From: Phyllobates terribilis
Taxonomy: Eukaryota
Assembly: GCF_046119375.1 (NCBI RefSeq)
Contig: NW_027362765.1
Span: 136,152,001-136,216,000, forward strand
Length of the DNA stretch: 64,000 bases
Reading direction: 5' to 3'
Both the position numbers and the translations under genes were made by a program. The notes below the pieces were generated by a model. That model saw only the letters and a list, made by a program, of their open reading frames with translations, made no database searches and was not told where the DNA came from. Numbering within the stretch: position 1 is the first letter of the stretch; each line of letters begins with the position of its first letter. Shown in pieces: positions 21,901-33,948 of this stretch.

Positions 21901-22552
21901 TTTTTTTTTGTTCTTTCATAATAATATTTATTGATGGGTACATTATATTTTTATTTTTGGTGGATTTTTTTTTTTTTTAATATTTTTACAATTTTTTTTT
22001 TTTTTTTCACTTTCTGACAGTTTTTTTACTTTTAGACTTTGTCCCACTATAAGACTTTCACTTTTTTTTATTCTGATCACCTGCATAGCATAGGAATGGA
22101 GCACCATCCCTGTGCCATGCAGGCTGTCAGTGCTGCACAGTGAGAAGATAGTTTGGTCATGTACTGCGCATGACCAAAAAATCTTCCTGCTGTCTGGTGA
22201 CCCGGATGTTGTCATGACGACATCGGGTTGTCATGGCAACATCCGGGAAGCCACGGCAGACAGCGCTGGAGGCCGGAAGAGGAGGTGAGTATACCGATCA
22301 CCTCCCCTTAGCCACCGCAATGCTGCGATCGACTTCAATCGCAGCATTGCGGGGTTAATGTGCCGGGAGCGGTCCGGGACCGCTCCCTGCACATAGAACC
22401 GGGTGTCAGCTGTGACAATCAGCTGACACCCGCCGGCGATCGCACCCGCACAGCCTGTGTGCACGGACGATCGCCAAGACGTACTAATACGGGTCAGGCT
22501 CTTAAAGCCCAGGGCACAGACGGGTATTAGTACGTCTTGGGCTTTAAAGGGG
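18965..22552. mobile_element. ~3.6-kb non-autonomous piggyBac-like element with internal tandem subrepeats
   Basis: TTAA on both sides; termini cccctttacaacccaag / cttgggctttaaagggg; motif gtggaaacccc..caagtgac recurs at 19833, 20200 and 20588; no transposase ORF. Confidence 0.75.
20727..21014. mobile_element. hAT MITE nested in the piggyBac-like element
   Basis: TIRs tagtcttgagcacaagtgctc / gagcacttgcgctcaacacta; 8-bp TSD gttgtcat / gttgccat. Confidence 0.8.
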
Positions 22553-22663
22553 TTAATGTATATGGATGTAAATTAATAAAAAACAGCATTTTCTATGTTT
22601 GAATTGTCACTCTCTGCAAAGAGAAACATTACCCATTAGGTCCCAGTCCAGAGCCTCTCACCT

Positions 22664-22747
22664 AGCCAAATCAGATCTCATACTTTGCACTGATGAGGGG
22701 CAGTACCCCGAAACACCGTGTCTGCAAATTGAGATTCTGATTTGGCT
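22664..22747 (+). ncRNA. Type I hammerhead ribozyme
   Basis: Core CTGATGA (22690-22696), stem II gggg-cagta-cccc, GAAA (22710-22713), minimal stem III, GTC cleavage triplet (22720-22722). Stem I tttgca/tgcaaa is extended by tctca/tgaga and agccaaatcaga/tctgatttggct. Confidence 0.85.
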
Positions 22748-23367
22748 TTTAACCTAAGTCATGTGATCAGGCTCCTTAAAGAGTCTGTATTGACTTTTAG
22801 GATTGCTGCTTCCTATAGGTGGCGCTAGAGTTCTAGTCCTCTTCCTCTGAAAAGACAATTTGCATATTTAATTTCCATGCCTTACAAGTCTCCTCACTAA
22901 CATTCCAGGCTTAGCTTACTCTCCACAAGGAGACACGTTACCTCTTAGACCCCATATGGCCTTTTCAAAATAATACTGAAAAATCTGTAAATATTTGGTT
23001 ATTTCTTCTTTATATACGTGCCCCTGACTGCTGCGCCCTAGGCCATGGCCTAGGTTGGCTTTATGGGAAATCCGACCGTGTCTGGGACTGTTGCCAACTA
23101 TGATTATGACGGACATCTATTTGGTCTTCACATAATCAGTAAAATACAAGAAGGTATCATTCATTAGATTTTATTACATGTAACACGGGACTTGCTAGGA
23201 AAATAGAAGATAAATGTAGTAAAATATTTCCAAGAGGAAAATGGTGACCATTTGTAGGTATAATTGACCAGTGATATTGCTTATCCCAAATAGCAAAAAT
23301 GTGTATATTACGTTTTTTTTCTATGCGTTTTTATCGTTGTGTTTTTTTGTATCTTTTTGGTGTCATA

Positions 23368-25009
23368 CAGTTATATGAAAAAGTTTGGGCACCCCTATTA
23401 ATCTTAAGCTTAATGTTTTCTTAAAATTGGTGTTTTTGCAACAGCTATTTCAGTTTGATCTATGTAATAACTGTTGGACACAGTAATGTTTCTGCCTTGA
23501 AATGAGGTTTATTGTACTAACAGAAAATGTGCAATCTGCATTCAAACAAAATTTGACAGGTGCATAAGTATGGGCACCTCACCAGAAAAGTGACATTAAT
23601 ATTTAGTAGATCCTCTTTTTGCAAAAATAACAGCCTCTAGTCGCTTCCTGTAGCTTTTAATGAGATCCTGGATGAAGGTATTTTTGACCATTCCTCTTTA
23701 CAAAACAATTCCAGTTCAGTTAAGTTTGATGGTCGCCGAGCATGGACAGCCCTCTTCAAATGATCCCACAGATGTTCAATGATATTCAGGTCTGGGGACT
23801 GGGATGGCCATTCCAGAACATTGTAATTGTTCCTCTGCATGAATGCCTGAGTAGATTTGGAGCGGTGTTTTGGATCATTGTCTTGCTGAAAGATCCATCC
23901 CCTGCGTAACTTCAACTTTATCACTGATTCTTGAACATTATTGTCAAGAATCTGCTGATACTGAGTGGAATCCATGAGTCCCTCAACTTTAACAAGATTC
24001 CCCGTGCCGGCATTGGCCACACAGCCCCAAAGCATGATGGAACCTCCACCAAATTTTACTGTGGGTAGGAAGTGTTTTTCTTGGAATGCTGTGTTTTTTT
24101 GCCGCCATGCATAACGCCTTTTTGTATGACCAAACAACTCAATCTTGGTTTCATCAGTCCACAGGACCTTCTTCCAAAAAGAAATTGGCTTCTCCAAATG
24201 TGCTTTTGCATACCTCAGCTGACTCTGTTTGTGGCGTGCTTGCAGAAACGGCTTCTTTCGCATGACTCTCCCATACAGCTTCTCCTTGTGCAAAGTGCGT
24301 TGTATAGTTGACCGATGCACAGTGACACCATCTGCAGCAAGTTGATGCTGCAGCTCTCTGGAGGTGGTCTGAGGATTGTCCTTGACTGATCTCACCATTC
24401 TTCTTCTCTGCCTTTCTGATGTTTTTCTTGGCCTGCCACTTCTGGCCTTAACAAGAACTGTCCCTGTGTTCTTCCATTTCCTTACTATGTTCCTCACAGT
24501 GGAAACTGACAGGTTAAATCTCTGAGACAGCTTTTTGTATCCTTCCCCTGAACAACTATGTTGAATAATCTTTGTTTTCAGATCATTTGACAGTTGTTTT
24601 GAGGAGCCCATGATGCCACTCTTCAGAGGAGATTCAAACAGGAAAACAACTTGCAAGTGGCCACTTTAAGTAGCTTTTCTCATGATTGCATACAGCTGGC
24701 TATGAAGTTCAAAGCTCAATGAGGTTACAAAACCTAAAAAAGTGCTTTAGTAAGTCAGTAAAAAGTAGGTAGGAGTATTTAAAACAAGAAAATGATAAGG
24801 GTGCCCATACTTATGCACTGTCAAATTTTGTTTGAATGCAGATTGCACATTTTCTGTTAGTACAATAAACCTCATTTCAATGCAGAAACATTACTGTGTC
24901 CAACAGTTATTACATATATCAAACTGAAATAGCTGTTGCAAAAACACCAATTTAAAGAAAACATTAAGCTTAAGATTAATAGGGGTGTCCAAACTTTTTC
25001 ATATAACTG
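23368..25009 (-). mobile_element. Full-length Tc1 (DD34E) transposon with ~210-bp TIRs
   Basis: TA TSD; termini cagttatatgaaaaagtttgg / ccaaactttttcatataactg; internal repeats within the TIRs; 1642 bp. Confidence 0.96.
23596..24611 (-). pseudogene. Tc1 transposase, intact except for a C-terminal frameshift
   Basis: MGSSKQ...GRPRK...WTDETKIE...QQDNDPKH...SPDLNIIEH, with 34 residues between the second D and the E. The frame shifts after KIPSSRI; the expected end LIKSYRKRLEAVIFAKRGSTKY* lies in another frame. Confidence 0.9.
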
Positions 25010-25953
25010 TATGTTAAATAAAACTGCTTTGTTTTTGATACTTCCAGGTATTTGGCTTTGACAAAACTTTATTGATATAGTGATGTGCGGATTACATGCG
25101 TTTTTTTTATGTGTTCCCACTGAAAAAACACTTGCGTTTCTTATCTGTGGATTTTCCACATCTAATGGAAGTCTATGGGGAAAATCTGCACCGAAAACTC
25201 TGCGTATCTGCAAGACTAAGTGACATGTTGCGGATTTAAAACACGCACCGCAGGTCAGTTTATGCTGAGAAAAAAAAAAAGCACAGTGTGAATGAGATTT
25301 CTATAAACCCCATCCAATTTTCTGGAACTTTTTGACACAATGGAAATACACAGCATTAAAAACGCACCAAAACTCATTGTGGGAAAATGGCCTAAGTGTT
25401 TATGCAGCATTTTTTACAGCCATAGGAAACAATAAGAAAGTACAAAAACATGACAAGAAAGCAACAAACAGGTTTTGCTGAATTTTTGCATCCTTGTTAA
25501 ATATATATATATATTTTTATAGATGTACTATAGACAAATCACACATGTAATCTGCACCAAAAAATTGCAGTATTTGTACAGCTAAGAGGGAAGGTTTTGG
25601 CTGCTAAAATGCCACAAGTGAACATAACCTTTATCCACTCTGGTACAGCTCACATCTGTGTGAAATTCTAGTTCTTCTCGCAATCTGCTTTCAGCTTCAT
25701 CACAAAGGAGAACTCTTGCTCATGTATATTATGGTGTCAGTTATGAGACACTGGAAGATTTTTTCAATAAGTACCCCTGTGGCAAACAACGGACCCCATT
25801 GATAATAGAGTTCACCTTGTTCTGCCTTGATGTTTGTAATTTTGGTGGGAAAAATAAAGGTGGTTTTAGATGAAGCGAAAAATCAGCAAATGAGCATTCT
25901 TGATTGGATTGTTTATGCCAGCATAATACTCTCGGTTATAAAACTCTAGGTTA

Positions 25954-26880
25954 GGCCTCTTTCACACGTCTGGATATTTCCGGTACTGGAAAAAACAGTA
26001 CCGGAGATGTCCATGTGTACCTGTGTATGATACGTGTGGCAACCGTGTGCCGCATCAGTATCATACGTACCGGCGCCTGGGAATCAGCGGTACAGTTAGT
26101 GCTGTTCCCAAGCGCCAGGTGCTGAATGCTGCCCTCATCATTGTCCCACACTTGCGCTGCGATCAGCGCCAGCAGGGGACAATGATGAGAGTAGTAGTCT
26201 GCTCCTGCTGTGTCCAAAACTTGTAAAAATAAGAATAAAAAAAATCCTTATACTCACCTGTCCTAAGTATCCCACGCTGTAATCCATCTGACCGCACACG
26301 CTGAGGAGCAGAGGAGAATGACACGCTCCAGCGAGCGGGCTCCTGACCTGCGCTGAGCTCACCAAGTGGTGTTCTGTCACTCAGTGAGCTCAGCGCAGTT
26401 CCGGGGCCTGCTCACTGCAGCGATTCATTTTCTGCTCCTCAGCGTATGCGGCCAGATGGATGAGCGTAGGACACTTACGACAGGTGAGTATAAGGATTTT
26501 TTTATTTTATTTTTACAGGTTTTGGACACTGTGGGGGCAGAATACAACTGTCAACATTGTCCCCTGCTCACGCTGATCGCAGCGCAGACAGGGGACAATG
26601 ATGACAGATGCCTGCAGCACCCAGTGCTTGGGAACAGCATGAACTCTACCACAGATTCCCAGGCACCGGTACGTGTCACATTGATGACACATGGATGTCA
26701 TCCATATGTCATCAGTGTGCACGTATGCAGGACTCTGTGCGGCCCGTGTTGTGGGTAAAAAACGGACATGTCAGCGTGTTTTGCCCACGGAAACACTGAC
26801 GTGCACAGACCCATTCACTTGAATGGGTCTGCTTGTGTTAGTGTCTCCAGTACTTATGAAAACGGACGTATGAAAGACCC
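25954..26880. mobile_element. PIF/Harbinger-type non-autonomous element
   Basis: Starts tta-ggcctctttcacacgtctgg and ends cggacgtatgaaagaccc. An inverted relative lies at 33949-34883 and a short one at 53401-53658. Confidence 0.65.
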
Positions 26881-28469
26881 CATATGGATAGTATACTCTC
26901 CGGTGTAAACAGGTGATGTGCTGATAATAACCTGATGCTGTATAAGGACACAATGATTGTGTAAGGCCTCATTAACATGTCTGTGTTGCACATACATGTA
27001 TCCATTTTTTTCACGGATACAACACATATCCATTATAATAGTGCTATTCAGATGTTTGTGTTTTTCACGGACCGTGCGTACGTACAAAACACATGGAGAC
27101 ATGTCTGTATTTTTTCCAGCAGCATGGACGACAAGCGCTAATACAGGTCTATGGCAGCATGAAAAACACGTACAGCACACGGATGACATCCGTGTGCTCT
27201 CCGTATTTAACACTGTAAAGTATAGGAGAAGCTTTGTAATCTATTTATTTATTTCTTTATCCATCCTTGAAAAACACTGATAGTAAAAACGGACACAAGG
27301 ACCATACACTGATCCAAACCACTGATGACATCGGTACAATTTTTCAGTAAATGAGCACCAAAATCAGCAGACCTAAATAGACCTTACCACTGCATTCGGT
27401 GCTACTCCTCTGTTTATTCCATGATAGAAGAAATAGCGCAATATCCTGTGCTTTTTATTCGCGGAAGTTAGTTAATGCCGTAAAAAAATTGTAATGCTGA
27501 ATGGAGAACCAAATGTTTGTATTAATGATCGTTCTTCCCCCTACCATTTTGGTCGACCTGTGTGAATAGGCCAGTCAAGGAGTGCTGTTCCAGTTGTATA
27601 GTATGTAGTCGCCTTTTTGCGTGTTACTGCGCCAAAATTGGCCAGTGTGAATGGGCTTAAAGGGTAAATGTCATGTTGAAACTGGTATGTGATCTGCAGG
27701 CTGGATGTTATAGAGCAGGAGAAGCTGATCAGATGGATGCACATTTTTGTGGGGAAAGTTTCAGTAAACTTTGTGTTTTAATCATGAATACCCAGGTATT
27801 TCTATAGAGTCCAGTGGGCGGTCCTATTCAGTGATTGACAGTCTTCCTTATATGACTGCATGCAGAGACAGCTGTCAATCACTAGTAGGACCGCCCACTG
27901 GACTCCTGAATACAAACACCTGGGATTTAAATTACTAAAATAGAAAATATGCTGAATCTTTTCCCTACAAACCCAGATATCATTCTGCTCAGCTTCTCCC
28001 TCTCTCACCACACGTCCCCACAGCGGGCTACACGTACGTGATGGCTTCTCTTTGAAGTAGAAAATGTTTGTAAATGGGTTGTAATGCTTGGGACTAAAGC
28101 CCCAACGGTCTCCAATAATGCCGCAGAAACATCATAAATATGGTGCACCTCCCAAATGTCATACATATAGGTATTATAACCAAAAAATCCGGTGCACACT
28201 TATTATTAAATCTGCCTGCTGTTTCATTACTGAAGTGGATGAAGAATGAAAGTGTATTGTGAGTTACAATGCTCCATTACACAGCGCATGCACTCTTCAC
28301 TAGACTGGGGCCTTCTGCCTGCTGCTTTCACTGAGGGGCATATTGTATTACAAAATGACGGACAGATTCTATTTCCACTTGTCAGTATTAAACCAGATGT
28401 CAATAAAGCTTTGATAAAAAAAAAAAGAAGCAGCAGCCCGGAAGATGCACCTGCCTCCTAATATTGCTT

Positions 28470-28666
28470 CTTCTGATTGGTTAGTATTAGCCGGCTCCTG
28501 CTCACGATTGGCTAACTAGGAATTATGTCCTGATTGGTTGACTGGTCTTTGTCCTCTCTTATGATTGGTGATTGACAGCGCGACTATCCTTTTCCTGTCG
28601 CATTCTCCCTCTGACCTTCTGTCTGAGCTGTTTCGGTCAGTGGACGGGTGTTGTGCGGCTGGCATC
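28470..28666 (+). promoter_or_regulatory. ATP5F1E promoter with four reverse CCAAT boxes
   Basis: ATTGG at 28476, 28507, 28533 and 28564; a pyrimidine-rich stretch at ~28601-28620 precedes the ATG. Confidence 0.65.
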
Positions 28667-31600
28667 ATGGTGGCGTACTGGAGGCAGGCAGGACTCAGGT
28701 AAGGGCGTGGGCTGAGAGGTGCTGCCGTGCTCACATAGGAGGAATGGTGTAGGCCTAGCTTCTGTGTGCGGCCTATCATTAGAAGGGGGTGAACCTGTGC
28801 CTGAAGCCTCTGTGCTCCCAGTATGGCCGTGCTGTGTCCCCCGCACCCCTTCCTGCAGAGCACGTGATTAGGGGCTCCATACAAGCAGTGCAAGGGGTTC
28901 TTACTAGTGCTGAGCTTCTATAAGAAGTCTGTCACCCCCTAATCAACATTCCACGACCTATGCCGGGATTATGGGGGGCTTAGCCCCTATAAAACCCATC
29001 GTAGCACTGCACTTGTTACCAGGGTAGGGCCTGAGTTTGGGCACACCATTGGTGCGGCCAAGAGTTTGGCTCACTGTTATGACCCCTCATTTTGCATGTT
29101 GAGCTCCATCCCCAGCTGGTGGTTGACTGCTGCTCTTCCCAGAATGGGCACTGCCTGATCTCTGCCCACATATGTGGTGCCCATATTATTGATGCCGGAG
29201 CGTGCACAGTGTGTGTGGATGTGTTCTCACTTCAGATGCCGCTCACTACACTTTTGGGAGTGTTAGTGTGGTGAGCAGCCTCTGTATGTGCACTGACACT
29301 GTGCAGCTCTGGTAGTGACATTGTGCGTTTGCACACACGCAGACTAAATTCAGACAGTGATGATACCCCGTTTCGAGGACCGGGCTGGTCTCTGTACTAC
29401 CTGCTTGCTCCATTTCCTCCTTTTGCACGCTTGCCAGCTTATCACTTTATATTCGAGCGCACTGTCACTGTGCATTCAGTAATATCGCATAGTGAGCATG
29501 CTTCGGAATTGACATCTGGTGCTTAATCGTTAGCTCAGGGCCTAGCTCAGTCCCTGTAACGGACACATCGGTAAGGCTTCGTATCAGGGTGGAGAAAGTA
29601 GCTGCTTCTGTGGACGCCGCCCTGGCCTCTTGATGACATCCCATTTGAGTATCCTAGCATGCACTGGGTATTAGCAAATGAAACGTCATAGGAATAGACG
29701 TTTTAAAAAAATAAATAAACAAAAAAAGTAGGAAGATAGAGTACAGAGGGAATGGTAAGAAATGTAATTGAAGAATACTATAAAATTGATTAGATAATTA
29801 TGAAAAGGACATTTCGGGTGAAATTCAGATTTGGCTTCGGATCTCTCTTTTTAAGAAAGTGTGGGAATTCGTCATGCAATCCATCGCTTCTTTTAATATT
29901 CATGATTTATGTATTTAATTCCAAACAAAATGATCAGTCATAGACAAATATTTATACCACGAGTAAGAACATCTAAAGTTCGAAACACGTTGGCTTTTTC
30001 TCCCGTCCCGCTTTTTTTTTTTATCTGTTTGTGATAAAATGATGTAGAATGAAATATTATTTTTTTTTTTTTATGAATTGTAAAGAAGTGATGAATCTAC
30101 TACACAAAGTTCAATGTTTGCTCTAGGAAGTGAGTGCTGTTAATAAGAAGTGGGGGTGCATGCTAATGGTGCGCTGAAGCACCCTAATTTGCATGCATAT
30201 TAAAAGTATTTTCTAAGAGACTGTACCAGTAACTGCCCCTATAATAATCACACTAACCCTGTATCTAAGTATAGATGGTCATCCCTTACATCAATATTAA
30301 AGACTCCCTTTGAAGGGAATCTGTCACCAGGTTTTTGCTACCTTGTCTGAGAGCAGCATGATGTGGGGGCAGGGAACCGGATTCCAGTGATGTTAGTTTC
30401 TTGGCTTCTTTCTATAATTTTGACAATCTGTCTTTTTTTATTTTGCTGCAGATCTAACAGTTCTCTGAATGCTGAGCTCTGTATAACCCCGCCCACACCA
30501 CTGATTGGCAGCTTTCTGCCTATTCAGAGTGTACACAGAAAGCTGCCAATCAGTAGAGTGGGTCGGGTTATACAGAGCTCATGAATATGGAGGACTACAT
30601 GGCCGCAGGATTGCTAGCCCTCTAATGATCTTCTGCTGATTTTAAACAGTGATTTTTATTAAAACTACACTAAGCAAAACAATAAGTGACACATCGCTGG
30701 AATCAGGGTCTCTGCCCCTACTTTATGCTGCTCTCAGATTAGGTGAAAAAAAAAAAAAAAACTGCTGACAGATTCCCATTAAGTATGCTGAGGTTTTGTT
30801 CTGCACTATACAGTACTACACTGTGATCACCACTTTACAGTAGAAGAACCTTGTGGCTTGTGCTCCATAAGGCTTCACAGGACACATGGAAACATAGCCG
30901 GAGCCATGCTATGTAGTGGTGTGATGCTGAACATATCCACCCCCCACCCTCAGCCCTTTACAGTGCTGCTGCCCTACCTATATAACCTGTACATGGGGTT
31001 GCATCCTGGATACATGATACCTCCACTGCCTACTATTTAAAAAAAAAAAAAATAATAATAATAATAAATTGCTTTTATGGGAATAGGTTTGCAATGTATT
31101 CTTTATTGATCACAGGGGTGATATTCAACCTATTGTCCACCCTGAATGTCTCCATGTAATGCTGAGATGTATTGGATTTCTTATAAATGGTGCAGACACC
31201 ATTGCCAGTAGCAACCCAAGCCCTGCCATCATTTTGTGTTGGTGCCGGAGAATGAATGCTCAGATCTGATGGTCTTTCTTCAATAATGTCTATTGTTTTT
31301 TCATGTGACATGTGTAATACTACAATTCTCCAGTGGGGGCACTGCAGGGCAAGCAAACGCCTGATGCCAGGACATCCTGCGATTCTTATTATCATGCATA
31401 TTCCTAGCTTTATCCCTGAACATTCATGGTGTATCCACAGGACCTCTGAGACTTTTTCCTGTCATGGGAGGTTGGGGGTCTATTGACATCTGTTCGTTCA
31501 TTCCTAGCTGCCACCTCAAGGGAAAGGATTATTGCAGGGGACGTTTCAGTCTGATCATAACTTGCAGTTTAGGTACACTCACATGACTTGGGTCTGGACT

Positions 31601-31746
31601 TAGTGTCTCCATCTTTTCACAGCTACATCCGCTACTCTCAGATCTGCGCCAGGGCGGTGAGAGCGGCTCTGAAACCACAACTCAGAGCGGAGGCTGACAA
31701 GGTATCAGTCGCCAACGTGAGGCTCATCAAACCGAAGAAAGAGTAA
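28667..31746 (+). CDS. ATP5F1E: ATP synthase F1 subunit epsilon, mitochondrial, 51 aa
   Basis: Coding exons 28667-28698 and 31623-31746: [51 protein letters not shown]. A donor follows at 31752. Confidence 0.96.
30314..30778. mobile_element. Kolobok/T2-type MITE in ATP5F1E intron 1
   Basis: Termini agggaatctgtca / tgacagattccca; flanks TTGA / TTAA. Related fragments at ~35380-35610 and ~57540-57645. Confidence 0.75.
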
Positions 31747-32054
31747 AAGAGGTGAGTGCTTGTACATGTCCTTACTGATGGGACGATGGCTGTCCTAACA
31801 GGGGGCAGTGCCCTGCGGGAAAGGTATCCCCAGTAAATATAGGGCATATAGATGGCAGTGATAGTGGTGTGCAGAGCTGCATGTCCACAGATACGTGGAA
31901 AGCGGAAAATAACCTGTGATGCACCTGTCCTCTCCACAGACATAATCAACATGTAGGTTTGCTGCACACAATCGCCCTCATCCACAGTTACTGAGTCAGT
32001 ATCATGGAAACGTTCTTCTCTACTCCGCAGTGACTGTGACTACTTGTCTTTCAG

Positions 32055-32190
32055 ATTCTCTCCACCAGAATTTCCATCTTGGAACAAGATGATTCCCACG
32101 AAGCCGCCTCCCGTCTGAACATGTCGCTGTTCCTGTCCTGAAGTACACTGACTAAATAAGTGAATAAATTAGGATGTATTATTTGTAAAT
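32055..32190 (+). other. ATP5F1E: ATP5F1E non-coding last exon (3' UTR)
   Basis: Acceptor cttgtctttcag at 32054; AATAAA at 32163-32168. The end coordinate is approximate. Confidence 0.7.
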
Positions 32191-32556
32191 GTCTCCTGTC
32201 TTTCCACTTCTTCAGTGAACAGAGCTTTATTGTAAAGTTTGACCTCTCAAACCAATAGTGCCCTCCTCAATCCTTGCATATTGCTGAGATGTGGGTTACT
32301 GTGATTCTTGCACTATAAAGCTGCTCCCCTATGATACTATGGGGGATCAACATGACTTGCACAATGTCGCCTCTGCAAAGCCTGGGGGGGTGGACTATGA
32401 GGAAAAAGACAACGCAATAAGGTTTTATCCGAGGGAGATAATGTTTAAACAAGGTTATGCTAACCTGATTTAGTTGTGTATACACAACATTTCCATGACT
32501 TATAAATCCAGCTGCTGCAGGTCCAACGGGTCATCAGACCGGGAAAACACAGATGA

Positions 32557-32794
32557 GGAGGATTTGCGGATAATCTGCGCTGCTGGTATCACACATAATA
32601 GATTCAAATCCAGACAAAGTATTTTGCGTTTTTTCTTCAGTCAACGCGTTTCAGACTTCTTAAGGACAAGGGTTTTCTTGTCTTGATGAAGAAGTCTGTG
32701 TGTTGACTGAAGAAAGAAAAAACGCTAAATACTTTGTCTGGATTTGAATCTATTATGTGTGATACCAGCAGCGCAGATTATCCGCAAATCCACC
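32557..32794. repeat. Near-perfect ~235-bp inverted repeat (foldback)
   Basis: 32560-32645 is the reverse complement of 32701-32791 (more than 60 bp perfect, then one mismatch and a 4-bp indel). Inner pairs cagacttctt/aagaagtctg and gacaag/cttgtc. Confidence 0.93.
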
Positions 32795-33948
32795 TAATTT
32801 AAGTTTAGGGGAGGGTGAAATACCTCTTTTACCAAAGGGAAATCTGTCCGGCCTTATTCAAATGTCCATGGTAGTCATCTATATGCTGTCTGTTTTCCAT
32901 GGACGGCACACACTTATTCCGGTCTGTGCCTATGGACCATATGTACTGATGGGTATGTATGAAAATATTGTAGACCTGTACCACTGTGGTGGGCTTTTCA
33001 GGTTGAATGCTGGACACTATATAGATGCCATCCAATTTTCATAGACTTGTTGCTAAGAGACACTGAGAACCCCCTTCTTGGCCTCCTTCCATTTATTTTA
33101 ACATATGGGGGGAAAAATAGCTTCCACCCTGCTGATAAAAACTGACAGCGAATGCAAACTAATCAGAAAATGGGCCATCCTACTGATAACGACCAATCTG
33201 TACTCCGGCTCCCCCTTCTGGTATGACTATCACACTGCACACGTGGAGTGACATCTGTACACAGTAAACGAAGAGGATGTGACACTTGCATTGATATGTG
33301 TGAAGATGGTTTCTGTCTTCTTTCTTCACTTGTGTTATCACCAGGGACTGTGCTTCCTTCCCTGCATTATATCTGTCACTCTCCCTAGCAGTGATGAAAG
33401 TCCACTGTATCGAGGCCTATCGATGGGTCTGTTCTAGCTTTTAGCAGAAGACTCTGGCTATGACGCGCATGGACTATTTTTTTTATTTTATTTTTTTTTT
33501 TACCACCTGATGTACAGTTGTCTCATCTGTAATCCAAAAAAGGGAAGTATAGCAGAGAGGATGCGGGTGATTCTGTCTTATGATAAACCCACGTGTCTAT
33601 ACTTCTTGTAATGACACAGCAGAGGAAAGTGCTGTGTATCATGTGATGTATGGAAACTAGATCATAGAGGAAAGTCATAATCAGTATGTAATCTGGTTAC
33701 ACGTCTAACCAAGTCCGAGGCATCAGATGGTTGCCCAATTGTGCGAGACACAGGCTGTACACGTCTTACCTTACCTGCTAGCCACGTTCAGGAGAACAAG
33801 AGCTGCTCCCGTCTTTGCAATTTTCATCTACACCATGGGACCTTTTGTATAGGAATGTAAGGAAACTTTACTCATGACATGATTTTGTTTCTTTATTGTG
33901 CACCAAGAAGACTAATACAAGCAAAGCCATAAAGGAAACTTACATTTA

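Noticed and set aside
29955-29995. Second hammerhead-like motif (gaac-atctaaa-gttc-gaaacacgttgg)
   Set aside because: Stem II and GAAAC are present, but the CUGANGA core reads cgagtaa and stem I is absent; at most a dead relic.
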